From an uncultured Nitrososphaerota archaeon (lineage in GTDB: Archaea > Thermoproteota > Nitrososphaeria > Nitrososphaerales > Nitrosopumilaceae), in the NCBI GenBank assembly GCA_963824385.1, contig CAWGPD010000004.1, positions 128,001-192,000 of the forward strand: 64,000 nucleotides of DNA, given 5' to 3'. The notes under the pieces are model-generated. The model was given only the letters and a program-made list of their open reading frames with translations. It did not search any database and had not been told where the DNA came from. Of this stretch, positions 62,895 to 64,000 are shown piece after piece (within the stretch, counting starts at the first letter, position 1; each line of letters opens with the position of its first letter). A program made the translations under genes and the position numbers.

Positions 62895-63840
62895 ATGAAT
62901 ACTGTTAGAATGCCAAAGACAATTAATTTTGGAAAAGACGCCTTATCTGAAACACAATATCCAAAAAATGCCCTTGTTGTAACCACGGCACCTCCTGATG
63001 TATCAGCAAAGTGGCTTGCAAGAATGAAAATTCAAGATTATATGTTATATGATAAAGTAGAACCAGAACCGTCAATAGAAACAGTAAACAAAGTCATGGC
63101 AGAATTTAAACCAAAAAATCCAGCTGTAATCATTGGTCTTGGTGGTGGAAGCTCCCTTGATGTTGCAAAGTATGCCGGAATGGAGATGAAGATTCCAAAG
63201 ATACTCATTCCAACAACATTTGGAACAGGGGCAGAGATGACAACTTATTGTGTATTAAAATTCGAAGGAAAGAAAAAACTATTACAAGATGAGAGATTTT
63301 TGGCAGACATGGCAGTAATTGATGCATATTTTATGGATGGAACCCCAGAAGCGATTGTCAAAAACTCTGTTTGTGATGCATGTGCACAAGCTACAGAGGG
63401 ATATGATAGTAAACGAGGAAATGAATTTACAAAAATGTTATGCAAATCTGCATTTGATGTGCTATATGATGCAATCATGAACAACAAGCCAGAAAACTAC
63501 CCATTTGGTTCCATGCTATCTGGAATTGGATTTGGAAATGCATCAACAACTTTGGGACATGCCCTATCGTATGTCTTTTCAAACGAGGGTGTACCACATG
63601 GATACTCACTATCATCATGTACAACAGTCGCACACCGATTCAACAAGTCTATCTTCTATGATAAATTCAAAGAAGTAATTGAGAAACTAAAGTTTGACAA
63701 ACTTCCACTAAAGACACCATATGATCAGGCAGCTGATGTTGTCATGACAGACAAGGGACATTTGGATCCAAATCCACTTCCAGTAACAAAGCAGGATGTC
63801 ATCCAGACTTCTTAAGGACATTGTAGACGGTAGACTCTGA
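62895..63840 (+). CDS. Fe-containing alcohol dehydrogenase; probable malonic semialdehyde reductase of the 3HP/4HB cycle (1-nt insertion near 63803)
   Basis: GLGGGSSLD, IPTTFGTGAEMT, GHALSY, PHG; closely resembles N. maritimus Nmar_1110 as recalled; the corrected frame ends RLLKDIVDGRL-TGA at 63840. Confidence 0.88.
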
Positions 63841-63928
63841 GTCGATTTTCTAAATTTTCTTTTGTCGTAATTTCCAGTCTAAACTTAAATATATCAAAGA
63901 ATTGACTAATGTGAGGATTTCGGATAGA

Positions 63929-64000
63929 ATGCTAAAATTTGGAATTCAGCAAGGACTAAACGTTGCCCGATTAGGACTAAACGAAGACCAGATTATCACA
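63929..64000 (+). CDS. 5' end of a probable luciferase-like (LLM) oxidoreductase, truncated by the window
   Basis: MLKFGIQQGLNVARLGLNEDQIIT, an LLM-type N-terminus. Confidence 0.5.
   Translation, partial: MLKFGIQQGLNVARLGLNEDQIIT

Overview
AT-rich (~35% GC by eye) archaeal chromosome segment from an ammonia-oxidising archaeon (Nitrososphaerota/Thaumarchaeota). The evidence is archaeal ribosomal proteins, a proteasome alpha subunit, PEFG/PEFP-CTERM surface proteins and a thaumarchaeal-type malonic semialdehyde reductase. NiCoT transporters and an S53 peptidase suggest an acid-soil Nitrosotalea-like lineage (inference). Layout: (i) 0.2-10.5 kb: tRNA-Asn, the L3-to-L6 ribosomal protein cluster, a SPOUT methyltransferase and psmA; (ii) 11.8-18.8 kb: purC-purF-purL-purQ and purS; (iii) tRNA-Thr(TGT) followed by a ~32 kb accessory tract with a candidate structured RNA, a Ni/Zn uptake locus, an SPFH/zinc-ribbon operon, S53 and CAP proteins, a phage-type ParB/Srx protein, Ig-repeat surface proteins and many Cys-rich microproteins; (iv) 53-64 kb: core-like genes including YyaL, RidA-family, DHH, citrate synthase flanked by two paralogous small proteins, glycerate kinase and MSR. 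About 20 apparent single-base indels, some in essential genes, indicate an unpolished assembly. Frameshifts and the apparent L22-S3 fusion are therefore treated as artefacts. No CRISPR array, integrase or intact transposase was recognised.
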